In this document: piece after piece, positions 35,804-46,127 of the stretch
How positions within the stretch are numbered: position 1 is the stretch's first letter
Layout: each line of letters opens with the position of its first letter
Virus record (IMG/VR): IMGVR_UViG_3300048895_000267
Coordinates: 4,671-68,670 of that record
Direction: 5' to 3' (one strand)
DNA from: a virus
Lineage: Duplodnaviria; Caudoviricetes
DNA: 64,000 nt
Notes under the pieces: model-generated
What the model saw: the letters and a program-made list of their open reading frames with translations, nothing else
Told to the model about the DNA's origin: nothing
The model's database searches: none
Position numbers and translations under genes: made by a program

Positions 35804-37723
35804 TCAGATACCGCCGATTGCGAACGTGATGGGGGGACCGCCTGCACTGTAGTTTACGCCGACGCTCTTGCTGTAACCGAAGCTGGACGACGCATTGAGG
35901 CTGGCGCCGAAGTTGAAGCCAGACAGCACCGAGGCCGCGAGCTGGGCGAGGATCGCGCCCTTGGACTTGCGCGCCTCCTGATTCACCTCCAGCAGCTTGA
36001 TGGTCTGGTTGACCTGCGCGTCGATCGCGCGCAGCTGCACGTTGGCCTTGGCTTCGGCGATGTTGCCCTTGGCCACGGTGACCTGCGTCTTCACGGTCGC
36101 CTCGGACTCGACCATGCGGCCCTGCGACTCGTACACCCGCGCCTGCGCGTCGAAGGTGCGCGCGCGGTTGTCGTTGTTGGCGGTCGCCAGCGCCAGCTGG
36201 GCGCGCAGGCTGTCGAGCTGGCCGAGGAACTGCTTGACCTTCAGGTCCTCGCGGTCGAACAGCAGCCGCGCGCCGGCGAACGCCGCGTTGGCCTTGGTGC
36301 TGTACGCCTCAACGCGCTGGCCATACAGTTGCACCAGCGTCTCGCCGGCGCGCATGGCACCGAGGCGGCCCTCGACCTGCGCCTTGTAGCCGTCCCACTC
36401 CTCGCCGTATGCGCTGACCCGGGCGGCGTAGGTCTGCACCTGCACGCGCTTGGCCTCGAGGCGCTGGCCATTGATCTCCAGCTGAGCGCGCGCGGCATCG
36501 AGCCGGGTCTTGTACAGCTCAGCCAGCGCCACGACCGCGCGCACCTGTTCGGTATACGCCTCGACCAGCGTCTTGTTGACCTCGCCGACAACCTGCTGCG
36601 CTTCGACCTGCGCCTTGTACAGCTCGACCTTGGCCAGCTCGCCCTGCACCCGGTCGCGATAGACCTGCGAGTCGATGCCGTAGGCTTGAACCGCCGAGTT
36701 GTACTGGTTGATGCGGGCGTTGTACAGGCTGATCGCCACCTCGACAGTGATCTGCTGAGCGCGCAGCATGCGGTCGTTGAAGGCGATCTGCTGCTGGATC
36801 AGCTGGCCTTCCAGCGCCGCGCCCTGCGTGATCGCGTAGCGCAGCTGCTCCAGCTCTTCCTTGTAGCGCTGGATGAAGATGTCGCGGCTCAGGGACGAGG
36901 ACTTGTTGGCCAGATCCTGATCGACTTCCTTCAGGCGGGCAGCATGCACACCGGACGGCTCGCTCCAGCCGCGGGCGGCGAACTCGTCTTCCACCGAGGA
37001 ACGCAGGGCGTCGTTGGCACGGACCTCGCGGGCGCGCGCCTGCTCGAACAGGGAGTTCTCCACCGACGGCGGCAGGCCCGTGCCGCCCGTGCAAATCTCG
37101 GAGATCTTGTCGCGCAGCTGCTGCAGCAACGCCGAGTCGTACTCTTCGTTGTCGAAGTTGAAGGTGTTCTCAGGCGTGTCGAAAGCGAAGACCGGGCGCT
37201 CAGCGTCGAAGGTCGGCAGCTCCAGCGGCAGCGGCTCCGGCATGACGATGGCGTACAGCTCGTCCATGGTCGGCAGCGTCGGCTCGACGTAGACCGGGAT
37301 CGTGACGTCATCAAGAACGACATCGTCATCGAGCGTGCTGGGCGGCGTCGGAGCCACCGGCTCAGAAGCCGGGAGCTGGAACTGCAGGTACTGGTCGACG
37401 TCCGGCTCGGTCGGGGCCGGGCCGGGGTCAGGGATGGCGATGTTGCCGATGTCCGGCGCGGGTGGCGCCGTGAGGTTGACGTCGAGGAAGGTCGGCGGGG
37501 TCGGCGCCGTCGGCTGGGCGAACGTGCCCCACTCCGGCGGGAAGTCGACATCGAAGTCGACCGCGATCGGGACGTACGCCGTCGGCAGGGCGCCCATGCT
37601 CAGGCCCGCCGCGATAGCCAGATCGATCAGCTCGTCCGCATGCTCGCGGAAGTACCCCCACCGGTTCTGGACGAAACTGGCGGTATCTTCGGGGGTGTTT
37701 ACAGGCTCGAACGGCTCAGTCAT
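35804..37723 (-). CDS. Virion protein with a Pro-rich region and long coiled coil
   Basis: 639-aa ORF; heptad-rich C-terminal half. Confidence 0.7.
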   Translation of the reverse strand: MTEPFEPVNTPEDTASFVQNRWGYFREHADELIDLAIAAGLSMGALPTAYVPIAVDFDVDFPPEWGTFAQPTAPTPPTFLDVNLTAPPAPDIGNIAIPDPGPAPTEPDVDQYLQFQLPASEPVAPTPPSTLDDDVVLDDVTIPVYVEPTLPTMDELYAIVMPEPLPLELPTFDAERPVFAFDTPENTFNFDNEEYDSALLQQLRDKISEICTGGTGLPPSVENSLFEQARAREVRANDALRSSVEDEFAARGWSEPSGVHAARLKEVDQDLANKSSSLSRDIFIQRYKEELEQLRYAITQGAALEGQLIQQQIAFNDRMLRAQQITVEVAISLYNARINQYNSAVQAYGIDSQVYRDRVQGELAKVELYKAQVEAQQVVGEVNKTLVEAYTEQVRAVVALAELYKTRLDAARAQLEINGQRLEAKRVQVQTYAARVSAYGEEWDGYKAQVEGRLGAMRAGETLVQLYGQRVEAYSTKANAAFAGARLLFDREDLKVKQFLGQLDSLRAQLALATANNDNRARTFDAQARVYESQGRMVESEATVKTQVTVAKGNIAEAKANVQLRAIDAQVNQTIKLLEVNQEARKSKGAILAQLAASVLSGFNFGASLNASSSFGYSKSVGVNYSAGGPPITFAIGGI

Positions 37724-37730
37724 GGACCCC

Positions 37731-39356
37731 TCACTTGATGCGACGATCGGCCACCAACGGGTAGAGCTTGATCTCGTCGGTCACGAAGTCGGCGCCAGCC
37801 TTGTTGTGCAGGACGAACTGCCAGTACACCGACTTCAGGCCCGTGCCCACGGGGATGCGGCCTTCGGCCATATCATCGTGGACGCGCGTCAGCTCGTACC
37901 AGTCCTCCACCTTCTTGCCGCGCTCCGCTCCCTCGGAAGCGATCGTCACCGTCTTGAGCAGCAACGACCCGGTCGAAGTATAGCCCAAGTACGCGCGGGA
38001 CAGCTGCTTCAGGCGGCCAGTGCCGAAGTCCAGCAGGCCCGTGCGCACGCGCGCGTCGATGTCCTCGCCAGCGTCGTCGTCGCCTTCGAGCAGGTACACG
38101 CCGTGGTCGTTGGCGCCGAAGTAAGCCCCGCCCAGCCCGGCGAAGCTGTTGAAGTTGAAGTTCTCGTACTGGTAGACCGCCTCGTTGTCGGGGGACATGA
38201 TCCAGACGCTGAAGGCTTGACCGTAGAGCGAGAAGATCGCGTTGACCGACACGCCCTCCTCGAGCATGACGTTGAGGGCGGCGTTGTTGCTGAAACCGGT
38301 CTCGACCGAGGCGCTCTCGGCCACGTCCACGAAGAAGCGCAGCGAGCCGATGTACTCGCCGGTGACCGTGACCTGCTCGAAGGCGGTAGCCACCGCGTGC
38401 ATGGTCTGCTGCACGGCGTCCGCGATCTCGATGTCAGCCAGCATGGTCGCTGCCCAGCCGGGCTTGAAGGACGCACCGACGGTGATCACCGCCGCCATGG
38501 CGACCTCGGCCTGCAGCTGCGACGACACCGCCGCAGTCAGGAGCAACGTGTCGAGCGTGCGCACCATGGCGCGGACGCTCGGCAGGTGGTCAGCAGTCAG
38601 CGTGACCTCTTCCTCGACCAGCACCTCGTAAGCCAGCCGCATCGCCGCGGTGATGGTGACGGTGTCTTCGATGGCAGCGTAGTAGATGCGCGCTGCGATC
38701 ATGGCGTCCGTCACGACGAGCCGCTCGTGGATCGAGCTGGTCTGGATCGCCTCGAGCGGCGCGGCCACTTCGATGACTTCGCCGTAGGTGCTGAAGAAGA
38801 CGTTGCCGGCGAAGGCCAGCAGGACGCCCGGGTGCTGCTGCAGCGAGAAGAAGTTCTCCGCCACGGGCGCGTCTTCGAGCGCTTCGGAGGCGAACGCAGG
38901 CAAGGAGCTGATGCCCCAGTCGCCACTGTCTTCGAGGCCATAGCTGCGCAGGCGCAGCGTGCCGGCGGCCGTGCCGACCAGATTGACCGAGCCCGTTGCC
39001 ACGCCGGTCAGGGTGAGCAGCGCGCCGTCACCGTAGCCAGCGCTGGGCAACAGCCCGACTTCCTCGTAGCTCTCACCGACCAGCGCCGGCAGGTAGCCCC
39101 ACGCCCAGCCGATGTAGGTGGTCAGGATCTCGCCGTAGGTATCAGTAGCGAAGGAGCGCAGGCGCGGCAGGTAAGCGAGCTGCTCACCCACCGCATGCTC
39201 GTACGCCGTGCCTTCCGCCGCGCCGGAAAAACGCAGGGCACCGAAACCGACATCCGGCTCCTCCGTACCGAAGCTAGTCAGGCGCAGCAACACCCCGCTG
39301 CCGTTGCCGACAGTTTCGGGGGAGCCGACCAGTTCTTCGAATACGATGTCAGTCAT
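37731..39356 (-). CDS. Tail or virion structural protein
   Basis: 541-aa ORF; beta-rich C-terminal domain. Confidence 0.7.
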   Translation of the reverse strand: MTDIVFEELVGSPETVGNGSGVLLRLTSFGTEEPDVGFGALRFSGAAEGTAYEHAVGEQLAYLPRLRSFATDTYGEILTTYIGWAWGYLPALVGESYEEVGLLPSAGYGDGALLTLTGVATGSVNLVGTAAGTLRLRSYGLEDSGDWGISSLPAFASEALEDAPVAENFFSLQQHPGVLLAFAGNVFFSTYGEVIEVAAPLEAIQTSSIHERLVVTDAMIAARIYYAAIEDTVTITAAMRLAYEVLVEEEVTLTADHLPSVRAMVRTLDTLLLTAAVSSQLQAEVAMAAVITVGASFKPGWAATMLADIEIADAVQQTMHAVATAFEQVTVTGEYIGSLRFFVDVAESASVETGFSNNAALNVMLEEGVSVNAIFSLYGQAFSVWIMSPDNEAVYQYENFNFNSFAGLGGAYFGANDHGVYLLEGDDDAGEDIDARVRTGLLDFGTGRLKQLSRAYLGYTSTGSLLLKTVTIASEGAERGKKVEDWYELTRVHDDMAEGRIPVGTGLKSVYWQFVLHNKAGADFVTDEIKLYPLVADRRIK

Positions 39357-40339
39357 CAGGCTTCAGCGCAGTTGATGAAGTCGGTCCAGAACGGACCAAG
39401 CAACCAGTAGCACGGCTTGTCCGTCCCGCTGGTGCGGCAGTAACCACCGATGTACGCGCCGTTGGCAGACACGCTCAGTCCGTTCGACTTCGTCGCTGCA
39501 GCCAGCTCAGGCAAGCGCGAATAAGCGCTGCCGTTGCTGACTACGTACGCGCGCTGAGCCGAGGAAATGACAACGAAGCCGGAGACGACCGAGCCGTCCT
39601 CCGAGAAGTCGAACGCGGTGGACTCGCTGCCGACCACTTCTGACGGCGTGCCTTCATCCCACCGGTAAGCGAAGCCGACAGTATCGCCGGGCCACGACTC
39701 GCCGATGATAAGCGACCCGTCAGTGGAGGCGTTGTACGCGTACGATTCCGCCGACCCAACTGGCTGATCCAGCGGGACCGCGCCGCCAGCATCCGTCCAC
39801 TTGAACGCGATCGTGTCGCCCGTGCCGGTTTCGATGTAGTAACCGACGACAACAAGCCCGTCGCCAGACACGCCGGCGACGATAGCGTTGTCCGCTCCAA
39901 GCGGGCCAAGCAGGTCGAGCAGCACGACGCCGTCGAGCGCATTCCATATAAACGAGTCTGCACCGAATCGGCCGACGATCACCGACCCGTCGGCTGACAT
40001 GCCGGCCGTAGAGTACGGCGTTGCCGCCACTGCCGACGAGAGCACGACCGTTCCACCCAGACTCGTCCACCGCCATGCAACGGCGGTGTTGAACGCGTCG
40101 CCGGAATCAAATGCCGACCCGCACACCACGCTGCCGTCATCGGAGATATCGGTTGGGGAGCCCGTGTCGCAACCCGCCGGCAAGGGGATCGCCGATGCCC
40201 CCGCGCCCGGGACGTAGCGCGCTGGATGCGTGGTTGAGTTGGTGTAGGTAAGCGCTGCCGTACCGTCGTTGGCGATGGCAACAACGCGGCCGGACGTACC
40301 TGCCGGCGGAGTAATTTGGGTGATAGTGACGACGCTCAT
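39356..40339 (-). CDS. HAF-repeat beta-propeller protein
   Basis: Six repeats of [DG]xS.DGS...G (ISDDGSVVCG, MSADGSVIVG, VSGDGLVVVG ...). Confidence 0.75.
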   Translation of the reverse strand: MSVVTITQITPPAGTSGRVVAIANDGTAALTYTNSTTHPARYVPGAGASAIPLPAGCDTGSPTDISDDGSVVCGSAFDSGDAFNTAVAWRWTSLGGTVVLSSAVAATPYSTAGMSADGSVIVGRFGADSFIWNALDGVVLLDLLGPLGADNAIVAGVSGDGLVVVGYYIETGTGDTIAFKWTDAGGAVPLDQPVGSAESYAYNASTDGSLIIGESWPGDTVGFAYRWDEGTPSEVVGSESTAFDFSEDGSVVSGFVVISSAQRAYVVSNGSAYSRLPELAAATKSNGLSVSANGAYIGGYCRTSGTDKPCYWLLGPFWTDFINCAEA

Positions 40340-40824
40340 TAATCGACTCCATCGTCAGCAGCAAACAGCAAGCCGATCACACGCAGTGGAACCGCCAGAC
40401 GGACCGACGACTCGTACACCTGCACCCCGTTGATGAAGTAGTGCACGGCGTTGCCGCGGCGCTCAATGCGCAGTACGTCAGCAGCAACGTGCGCCACGGC
40501 GTCAGTCATCGGCGTACCGCTCTCGACCACCGCGCACCACGACCGCCCAGCATCCTGATAAACGTAGATCCCGTGCGAGACATCGCGCGGGTTGTTGCTG
40601 CGGCGCGCGCCGACGAGGCCGACCACTGTGCCCAGCGTCGCAACCGGGACAGTGAACTCGACGTAGCAGTTTCCGATGCGCTGAGCGACGCTGAGCGCGC
40701 TAGCGTTCCAGCCCAGATTGCGGTCGATGATCGTCTGCGACGGCACAGCCGCGACTGCCACCACCTCCGCGCACTGGATGCAGTTCTCGCCATCGACGAC
40801 GACAGGAGTGCAGGTGTCGGTCAC
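40339..40824 (-). CDS. Beta-sandwich virion protein
   Basis: ORF coupled in the structural operon. Confidence 0.65.
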   Translation of the reverse strand: MTDTCTPVVVDGENCIQCAEVVAVAAVPSQTIIDRNLGWNASALSVAQRIGNCYVEFTVPVATLGTVVGLVGARRSNNPRDVSHGIYVYQDAGRSWCAVVESGTPMTDAVAHVAADVLRIERRGNAVHYFINGVQVYESSVRLAVPLRVIGLLFAADDGVD

Positions 40825-41165
40825 GGATAGGTCCAGTAGCAGCGGATCTCGTAGACCGTCATGGTGCCACCGGGGAAGCTGGGGTCAGGAACAAGGTATG
40901 CGGTAGGCTCGGTATCGCACACGTAGCCAGCAGGCTCGGGCGCGTGCGCGGGGGTGCGTACTTCGCCAGCGCCAACATCGTCCGGGTCATTAGGCACGTA
41001 CAGGTAGATCAGATCGCCCAGCTCGCTGTCGGTGTTCGGCGGCGGCTCGACCGAACCGCCGGTATCCACTACCGGCGGCGGAGTGACGCAAGTCAGCGAC
41101 GCAGCGTGGCCTTCGACAGCGTCCACGCCCGGGATGAACGTGACGATGGCCTGCTTGATCAGCAC
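40821..41165 (-). CDS. Pro-rich hypothetical virion protein
   Basis: ORF coupled in the structural operon. Confidence 0.55.
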   Translation of the reverse strand: MLIKQAIVTFIPGVDAVEGHAASLTCVTPPPVVDTGGSVEPPPNTDSELGDLIYLYVPNDPDDVGAGEVRTPAHAPEPAGYVCDTEPTAYLVPDPSFPGGTMTVYEIRCYWTYP

Positions 41166-41166
41166 G

Positions 41167-41700
41167 TTATGCGTCGATGCGAACTTCGTACGTGGCGATG
41201 CCGACGGTGTTGCTGCCGTTGTCGGACAGCGACACCGAAGTCAGGTTGAGGTCCGCACCGGAGGTGCCGACCGTGCCCTGAATACGGGGGGTGCTCGACC
41301 CGCCGGCCGCGCTGCCACCGAACTCACCAGTGGTATCGGCCGCCGTATGGAACCGGTAGAAAGTCGCAGTCAGCGGGCTCACGCCGGCCGCCGCCTGATC
41401 CTTTCCAAGGAACTGCACCTTGCCCGCCCACGTCTCGGAGCCGGACTTGGCGATGGCGCGGCTGGCTGCGGCCGCGGCGAAGTTCAGGCCGGTGGTGGCG
41501 TCGTCGACCGGAACCGCGTCGCTGCCGATCTTGCACAGCAGGGTATGCACGCCGGTGGTGACGGTGCAGTCGAGCGCAGCATCGGCCGTGGTCGGCACGG
41601 TGCCAGCGTAGATGGAAATAAAGCCGCCGTTGAGCTGCGCGTCGAGGCTGAGGCCGTCGAGCAGGTCGTTCGCGAGCGCGTCAGAGATCTTGATGCCCAT
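41167..41700 (-). CDS. Structural protein; paralogue of 41710-42150
   Basis: IYAGTVPTTADAA...RIQGTVG.SGADL shared with the neighbour. Confidence 0.75.
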   Translation of the reverse strand: MGIKISDALANDLLDGLSLDAQLNGGFISIYAGTVPTTADAALDCTVTTGVHTLLCKIGSDAVPVDDATTGLNFAAAAASRAIAKSGSETWAGKVQFLGKDQAAAGVSPLTATFYRFHTAADTTGEFGGSAAGGSSTPRIQGTVGTSGADLNLTSVSLSDNGSNTVGIATYEVRIDA

Positions 41701-41709
41701 GGTAGTTCC

Positions 41710-42150
41710 TCAAGTGATCGGCGGGATGGTGTAGCTGAACTGCTGCACGGCGATGCTCTGGCCGGCAGTCAGGGTGGATTCTGCCACGGTGAAGTCAGCA
41801 CCGGACTCGCCGATGCTGCCGTCGATGCGTGGCAGGAAGTAGGTAGGCTCGCCCGTATCGGCTGCGGCGCCTACGAGACGGAACCAGCCGGCGAGGCCGG
41901 AAACGGAAACCAGCATGCGCCAGTCCTGCGACAAGCTCTTGACCACGTACGGCCCGAACTGGGTGAAGATCAGCCCACCGCCAGCGCCGTCTTCAGTCAC
42001 TTCGGCGAGCAGCGTGCCCGTGGGGGCGAGGTCGGCGCTGGCCGGCTGCACGCCCGAGTACACGCGGATCTTGCCGTAGGCGAAGATGTCGGCGAACGAA
42101 GTCGGGCCGAGGATCAGTTCCTTGAATTTGGTCGAGACCTGCAGCGTCAC
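41710..42150 (-). CDS. Structural protein; paralogue of 41167-41700
   Basis: VYSGVQPASAD...RIDGSIG.SGADF. Confidence 0.75.
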   Translation of the reverse strand: MTLQVSTKFKELILGPTSFADIFAYGKIRVYSGVQPASADLAPTGTLLAEVTEDGAGGGLIFTQFGPYVVKSLSQDWRMLVSVSGLAGWFRLVGAAADTGEPTYFLPRIDGSIGESGADFTVAESTLTAGQSIAVQQFSYTIPPIT

Positions 42151-43508
42151 GCAGTTTTCCCCTTGCGAAGAGCCCCCACGTTGGCGAGGCGGTAGCGGTC
42201 GCCAACGTCCAGAGCGTCGAGGTCGTACTCGAAAATCGGGTCGTCCGCGAAGCTGCCGTAAGCATACACCACGCCTGTGCTACCCGCATTATTGAGCAGG
42301 TAGCGGCGCCAGTCTGCTGGCGCGCCGAGCCGGCTCTCGACGCCGACCTGCAGCAGGGCTGTCGCCGAGCCATTGAGCGGGCCAGCCACCGGGTCGCCAC
42401 CTGCGTTCGAAGTCACTACGGTGTGCAGCAGGAAGGGAGCCCCGGCGACATTGAACTCACTGACCCGGCCGTCGTGCAAGGCCGCGAGCGTGACGCCGTC
42501 GCGAGCCAGCAGCAGATTGCGGCAGTCGTATGCGGGGGCTTCCATGGTGCTGAGGATCGGCAGCGCTGGGTCAGTAGCGTCGAGGACCGTCAGTGAATAC
42601 GGCGCTGTCGCGCCCTCGCGGTGCCAGACATAGACCCGCTCAGCGGAAGCTGCCAGCGCGCGGATCGTGCGGCCGAACGCGGTGCCGGGCGAGAAACCGA
42701 AGTCGTATAGGGAGCGCGAGCCGAGCAGGACGCCGTCCGCCGTGAACTGGCTGACGTAGTCGAGCGGCGAGTCAGCCACGCCGACACTGGGCGCGTCGCC
42801 GGGGTCGGCGTTGAGCGTGGTGGCAAGGTAGAACTTGCCGTCAGGCCCCCAGCACGCACACTGCGGCCGGAACGTCATGCGCAGGGCAGCGCGCACCGGG
42901 GCGAGCGTTTCCGCGTCAGCCAGCACGTAGCCGCCGAGACCGTCGATCGGCCCGTCCATGTCGTAGGTGGTATCGAAGGCCACCAGCAGCCGGGTCTGGT
43001 CCGGCGACAGGTACGCCGCGACGACGCCGGCAAAACCGGGGGTCACCTCGTCGTCGATCGTGATTCCATTAACCGGGTAGTTGTAACCGAAGGCGCTGGT
43101 GTCGCTGAGGTCGACCCGGACGATGATGTTGCTGCCGGTCATCCACACGACCTTGCCGATCTTGTCGACGGCGTCGACCTCGTAGGCAGCCAAGCCTGCG
43201 ACCGTGGTAACCAGCGTCTTGCTGCCGAGATCGTAGATGCGCAGCCCGTCCGGGCTGGTGATGAACAGGTAGACGAGCTCTAGCGTCTCTTCGCCCGGCT
43301 CCACGGTGCTGATCTCCACCACTGGGATAGTGCCGTAGAAAGCAGCGCGCACGATGCCTTTCGGCGTCGTGCGCTGGATCGACTGCGTCATTACCCCGGA
43401 AATCTTGCGCTGCTCGTCCAGAAAACCAAGCAGCCGCTTCCCGAGGTCGATCAGCTCGGTATCGTCCGTGTCGCCGGACAACCGGCGCCACGCAGCGTAC
43501 CGAGGCAC
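42147..43508 (-). CDS. Beta-propeller tail protein
   Basis: Repeating beta-blade pattern (SPDGL.IYD, SPDQTRL, GPDGKFY). Confidence 0.65.
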   Translation of the reverse strand: MPRYAAWRRLSGDTDDTELIDLGKRLLGFLDEQRKISGVMTQSIQRTTPKGIVRAAFYGTIPVVEISTVEPGEETLELVYLFITSPDGLRIYDLGSKTLVTTVAGLAAYEVDAVDKIGKVVWMTGSNIIVRVDLSDTSAFGYNYPVNGITIDDEVTPGFAGVVAAYLSPDQTRLLVAFDTTYDMDGPIDGLGGYVLADAETLAPVRAALRMTFRPQCACWGPDGKFYLATTLNADPGDAPSVGVADSPLDYVSQFTADGVLLGSRSLYDFGFSPGTAFGRTIRALAASAERVYVWHREGATAPYSLTVLDATDPALPILSTMEAPAYDCRNLLLARDGVTLAALHDGRVSEFNVAGAPFLLHTVVTSNAGGDPVAGPLNGSATALLQVGVESRLGAPADWRRYLLNNAGSTGVVYAYGSFADDPIFEYDLDALDVGDRYRLANVGALRKGKTA

Positions 43509-43511
43509 GAC

Positions 43512-44099
43512 TTACGCCGAGACGAGCGTTGCCGCGAAGGTGACCAGAAGCTCGTCGCCTTCGTTGAGGCCGGTGCGCGTGGTGGCGTAGCGAGCCGCCG
43601 AGAAGCACTTGCCGGTGACGCCCGCCTTGACGCTCGACTGCAGCAGGCCGGACCCGTAGATGGTCTGGTTGCTGACGCCGGCCGACATGGTGAACACCGC
43701 GCGGTCGGCCGTGTTGCTCAGGCTGGCCGTTACCGCGCCCGGGATCATCAGTACGCGATTGGCCTCGTCGTAGTCGGTGAACTCGGTGCAGGCCGCCGCG
43801 AAAGTCGCGCCAGTGACACCAGCGCCCGGCGTGACGTTGCCCTCGAACAGCGCGAGATACCACGAGGTGATCTGGGTCGCGCCGTCAAGGCCGGAGCCGA
43901 GCAGGTAGGTGAGGCCTTCGGTGGTAACGACGTTCGGATCGGTCTGTTCGTCCTGCCCGTTGACCGAGTGCGTATACGCGCCGAGCGCGTAGACCTTCTG
44001 GTCAGGGAAGAAGATACCCTGCGGGGTCTCTTCGAACCGGCGCTTGCGCAGCGCACCAGTGAACTCGGCGCGGTGCTTGTTCAGTTCCTTGCTCAACAT
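43512..44099 (-). CDS. Structural protein
   Basis: Start moved to 44099 behind GAGGGG; N.VTTEG...WYLALF motif. Confidence 0.75.
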   Translation of the reverse strand: MLSKELNKHRAEFTGALRKRRFEETPQGIFFPDQKVYALGAYTHSVNGQDEQTDPNVVTTEGLTYLLGSGLDGATQITSWYLALFEGNVTPGAGVTGATFAAACTEFTDYDEANRVLMIPGAVTASLSNTADRAVFTMSAGVSNQTIYGSGLLQSSVKAGVTGKCFSAARYATTRTGLNEGDELLVTFAATLVSA

Positions 44100-44138
44100 G
44101 GCTGGTTCCCCTCGGTTGCCCGGCGAATAGTGTAGCAC

Positions 44139-45443
44139 TCAGTCCAAGATCTTGCCGTGGCGGCGTACAACTGCCGACATGGAGTCCGACATCGCCATAG
44201 GGTTCGACTCTCCACCGGAGAACGAGCCCACGATCTGGCGCTTGCCACCTTGCTCGCGCAGCATCATCGCTGCGCGATCGAAGCGGGGCAGCGCCACAGA
44301 ATCCTCGCGGATCGTGCGGACGACACCCCCCGGCAGCCCGAGACAGTACGTCCCGTTCTGCGACACCCACACCGCAACAGGCCCAGTGTAGGTCTGCTCC
44401 GTCTCGTCGGCGAAATAACTGCCCGGCACCACGATACCCGAGCCCTCCACGGCCGGGTGCATGAAGCGGACGCGCCGCGCCCATTCCTTCGGGTTCGGGC
44501 CGGACAGGAAGTAGACACGCTTCCCATCGCTCAGGTACACGCCCGCTCCTTCCTCGCCCTCCCCCACCGCTTCCAGCAGCGTGATGCGCCCTGCGAAGCG
44601 GAAGTAATTGTCGCGCTTGTACAGCCCGCCACGGTTCGGCTCACCGAAGTACAGCGTGTCGCCGCTGGCCACGAGCAGGCGCCCGCTCCAGAACCGCACG
44701 ATCTGGCCGGCGGGCATGGGCTGCAGGAACTGGGTGCGCAGCGGGCGCCCCGGTCCGTCGGAGACGGAAAGCGAACCGGACGTTGCCGCGGCCGGGACCT
44801 CAGTGCGATAGAACAAGACGTCGCCGTCAGGCTCGGTCATGTACGCGCGCGCATGATGCGCACCTTCACTGAGCGCGATTTCGGACAGCATGACGCCGCC
44901 GCCTTCGGGCACATCGACTACCGACGCAACCGGAGCACCCGATTCGATACCGGTGCTGCCAACCATGGTGATGACCAGCTGGTAGCGACCAGCCGTGAGC
45001 CCGCCGTACGCCACCGCAGTGACGGTCGGTGAAACAGGCGTTTCAATCCAGAACGGCAAGTCGACGTCGTCGCTGATGCGGCGCGCGAGGATGCCGTTGG
45101 ACCAGTAGATATCGCCGTGCGCCTCAGCGTACGACAGCGGGGCTTCGCTCAGTCCCGAGCGGAGCATGGCCGCGTCGACCAGCTCCTTGTTGACCACGGC
45201 GTAGGACATCAAGTCGCCGTCCTGCACTACGTAGACGCGCTCCTTCGAGGCCCACACGGAGTGACAGTCGCCGGAGAGTTTCAGTGTGTAGCCGCCGCGG
45301 CGCTGCAGGCCGCCGGCGGGGTCGATGTCGACGTTGACTGCCTCACGCACCTCGTTGCCCTTGAGGTCCGTCTCGCCGGCGATGTTGTTGATGCCGCGCT
45401 TGAAGTCCAGCGCGCGCAGCTGATTTTCGGCCAGCTTAGCCAC
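44139..45443 (-). CDS. Tail nozzle or DNA-stabilisation protein (tail tubular B-like)
   Basis: GTG start overlapping the upstream stop; F.RGINN...NVDID..G.L.RR.GY. Confidence 0.7.
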   Translation of the reverse strand: MAKLAENQLRALDFKRGINNIAGETDLKGNEVREAVNVDIDPAGGLQRRGGYTLKLSGDCHSVWASKERVYVVQDGDLMSYAVVNKELVDAAMLRSGLSEAPLSYAEAHGDIYWSNGILARRISDDVDLPFWIETPVSPTVTAVAYGGLTAGRYQLVITMVGSTGIESGAPVASVVDVPEGGGVMLSEIALSEGAHHARAYMTEPDGDVLFYRTEVPAAATSGSLSVSDGPGRPLRTQFLQPMPAGQIVRFWSGRLLVASGDTLYFGEPNRGGLYKRDNYFRFAGRITLLEAVGEGEEGAGVYLSDGKRVYFLSGPNPKEWARRVRFMHPAVEGSGIVVPGSYFADETEQTYTGPVAVWVSQNGTYCLGLPGGVVRTIREDSVALPRFDRAAMMLREQGGKRQIVGSFSGGESNPMAMSDSMSAVVRRHGKILD

Positions 45444-46125
45444 CGTAGGCCACCACGCCGGGGCGCCGGCGGGTGCGGCTGATCTCGGACTCGCGCTTGA
45501 GCGCCTGCTCTTCGAACTCGTCCCGGTAATCGTCGGACTTACGGCCATCCAGCGTGTCGGTGTCCTGCTTGTCGTAGGCGAGGTACTTCATGTACATCAG
45601 CACCAGACGCAGGTCCTTGGGGTCTGCGAAAGCCGTCGGGTCCGTGCCGGTAGTCACCGCCACGCGCGGCAGCGTGATCATGGTGATCTCGAGGCTGTCG
45701 TCAGCGCTGGGGATAGGAGACAAGCGCATGCGCCCGGCGACCGCGTCCAGCGTGTAGTGCTGGGGGATGCCGACCGCCGTGCGAGAGACGTTGGTCGACA
45801 CGTTGCCGTAGTCGTCCGTCGTTACCAGTGCTTCTGAGCGGTTGCGCTCGGTCAGCGCGCGGCGCGTGCTGACCAGTTCGACGTCGAGCACGTCGATGAT
45901 GCCGGGGACCGACACCAGCGGCTCACCTGCAACGACAGGCACCGTGTAGACGTACAACAGCCCGCGGGTTGCGCGGGCCGTCTCGTACTGCGCTTCGTGG
46001 ATGTACTCGTAGATCTCGTCGTTCGTGAACAGGCGATCGGCGTCGTCCGTCAGGTCATCCGGGTCCGAGAGGCGGTCATCCACCTCCCGGCGGAACCGCA
46101 GCATGACCTGTTCGGCCGTGAGCAT
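45436..46125 (-). CDS. Head-tail adaptor (P22 gp4 / tail tubular A-like)
   Basis: FR..VDD...FT.DEIY.YI.EAQ; position after the capsid genes. Confidence 0.7.
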   Translation of the reverse strand: MLTAEQVMLRFRREVDDRLSDPDDLTDDADRLFTNDEIYEYIHEAQYETARATRGLLYVYTVPVVAGEPLVSVPGIIDVLDVELVSTRRALTERNRSEALVTTDDYGNVSTNVSRTAVGIPQHYTLDAVAGRMRLSPIPSADDSLEITMITLPRVAVTTGTDPTAFADPKDLRLVLMYMKYLAYDKQDTDTLDGRKSDDYRDEFEEQALKRESEISRTRRRPGVVAYGG

Positions 46126-46127
46126 GA

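Noticed and set aside
27510-35852. Very long + strand ORFs (1432 aa and 1337 aa), and similar antisense ORFs elsewhere
   Set aside because: Shadow ORFs of high-GC3 genes on the opposite strand, with no RBS or motifs.
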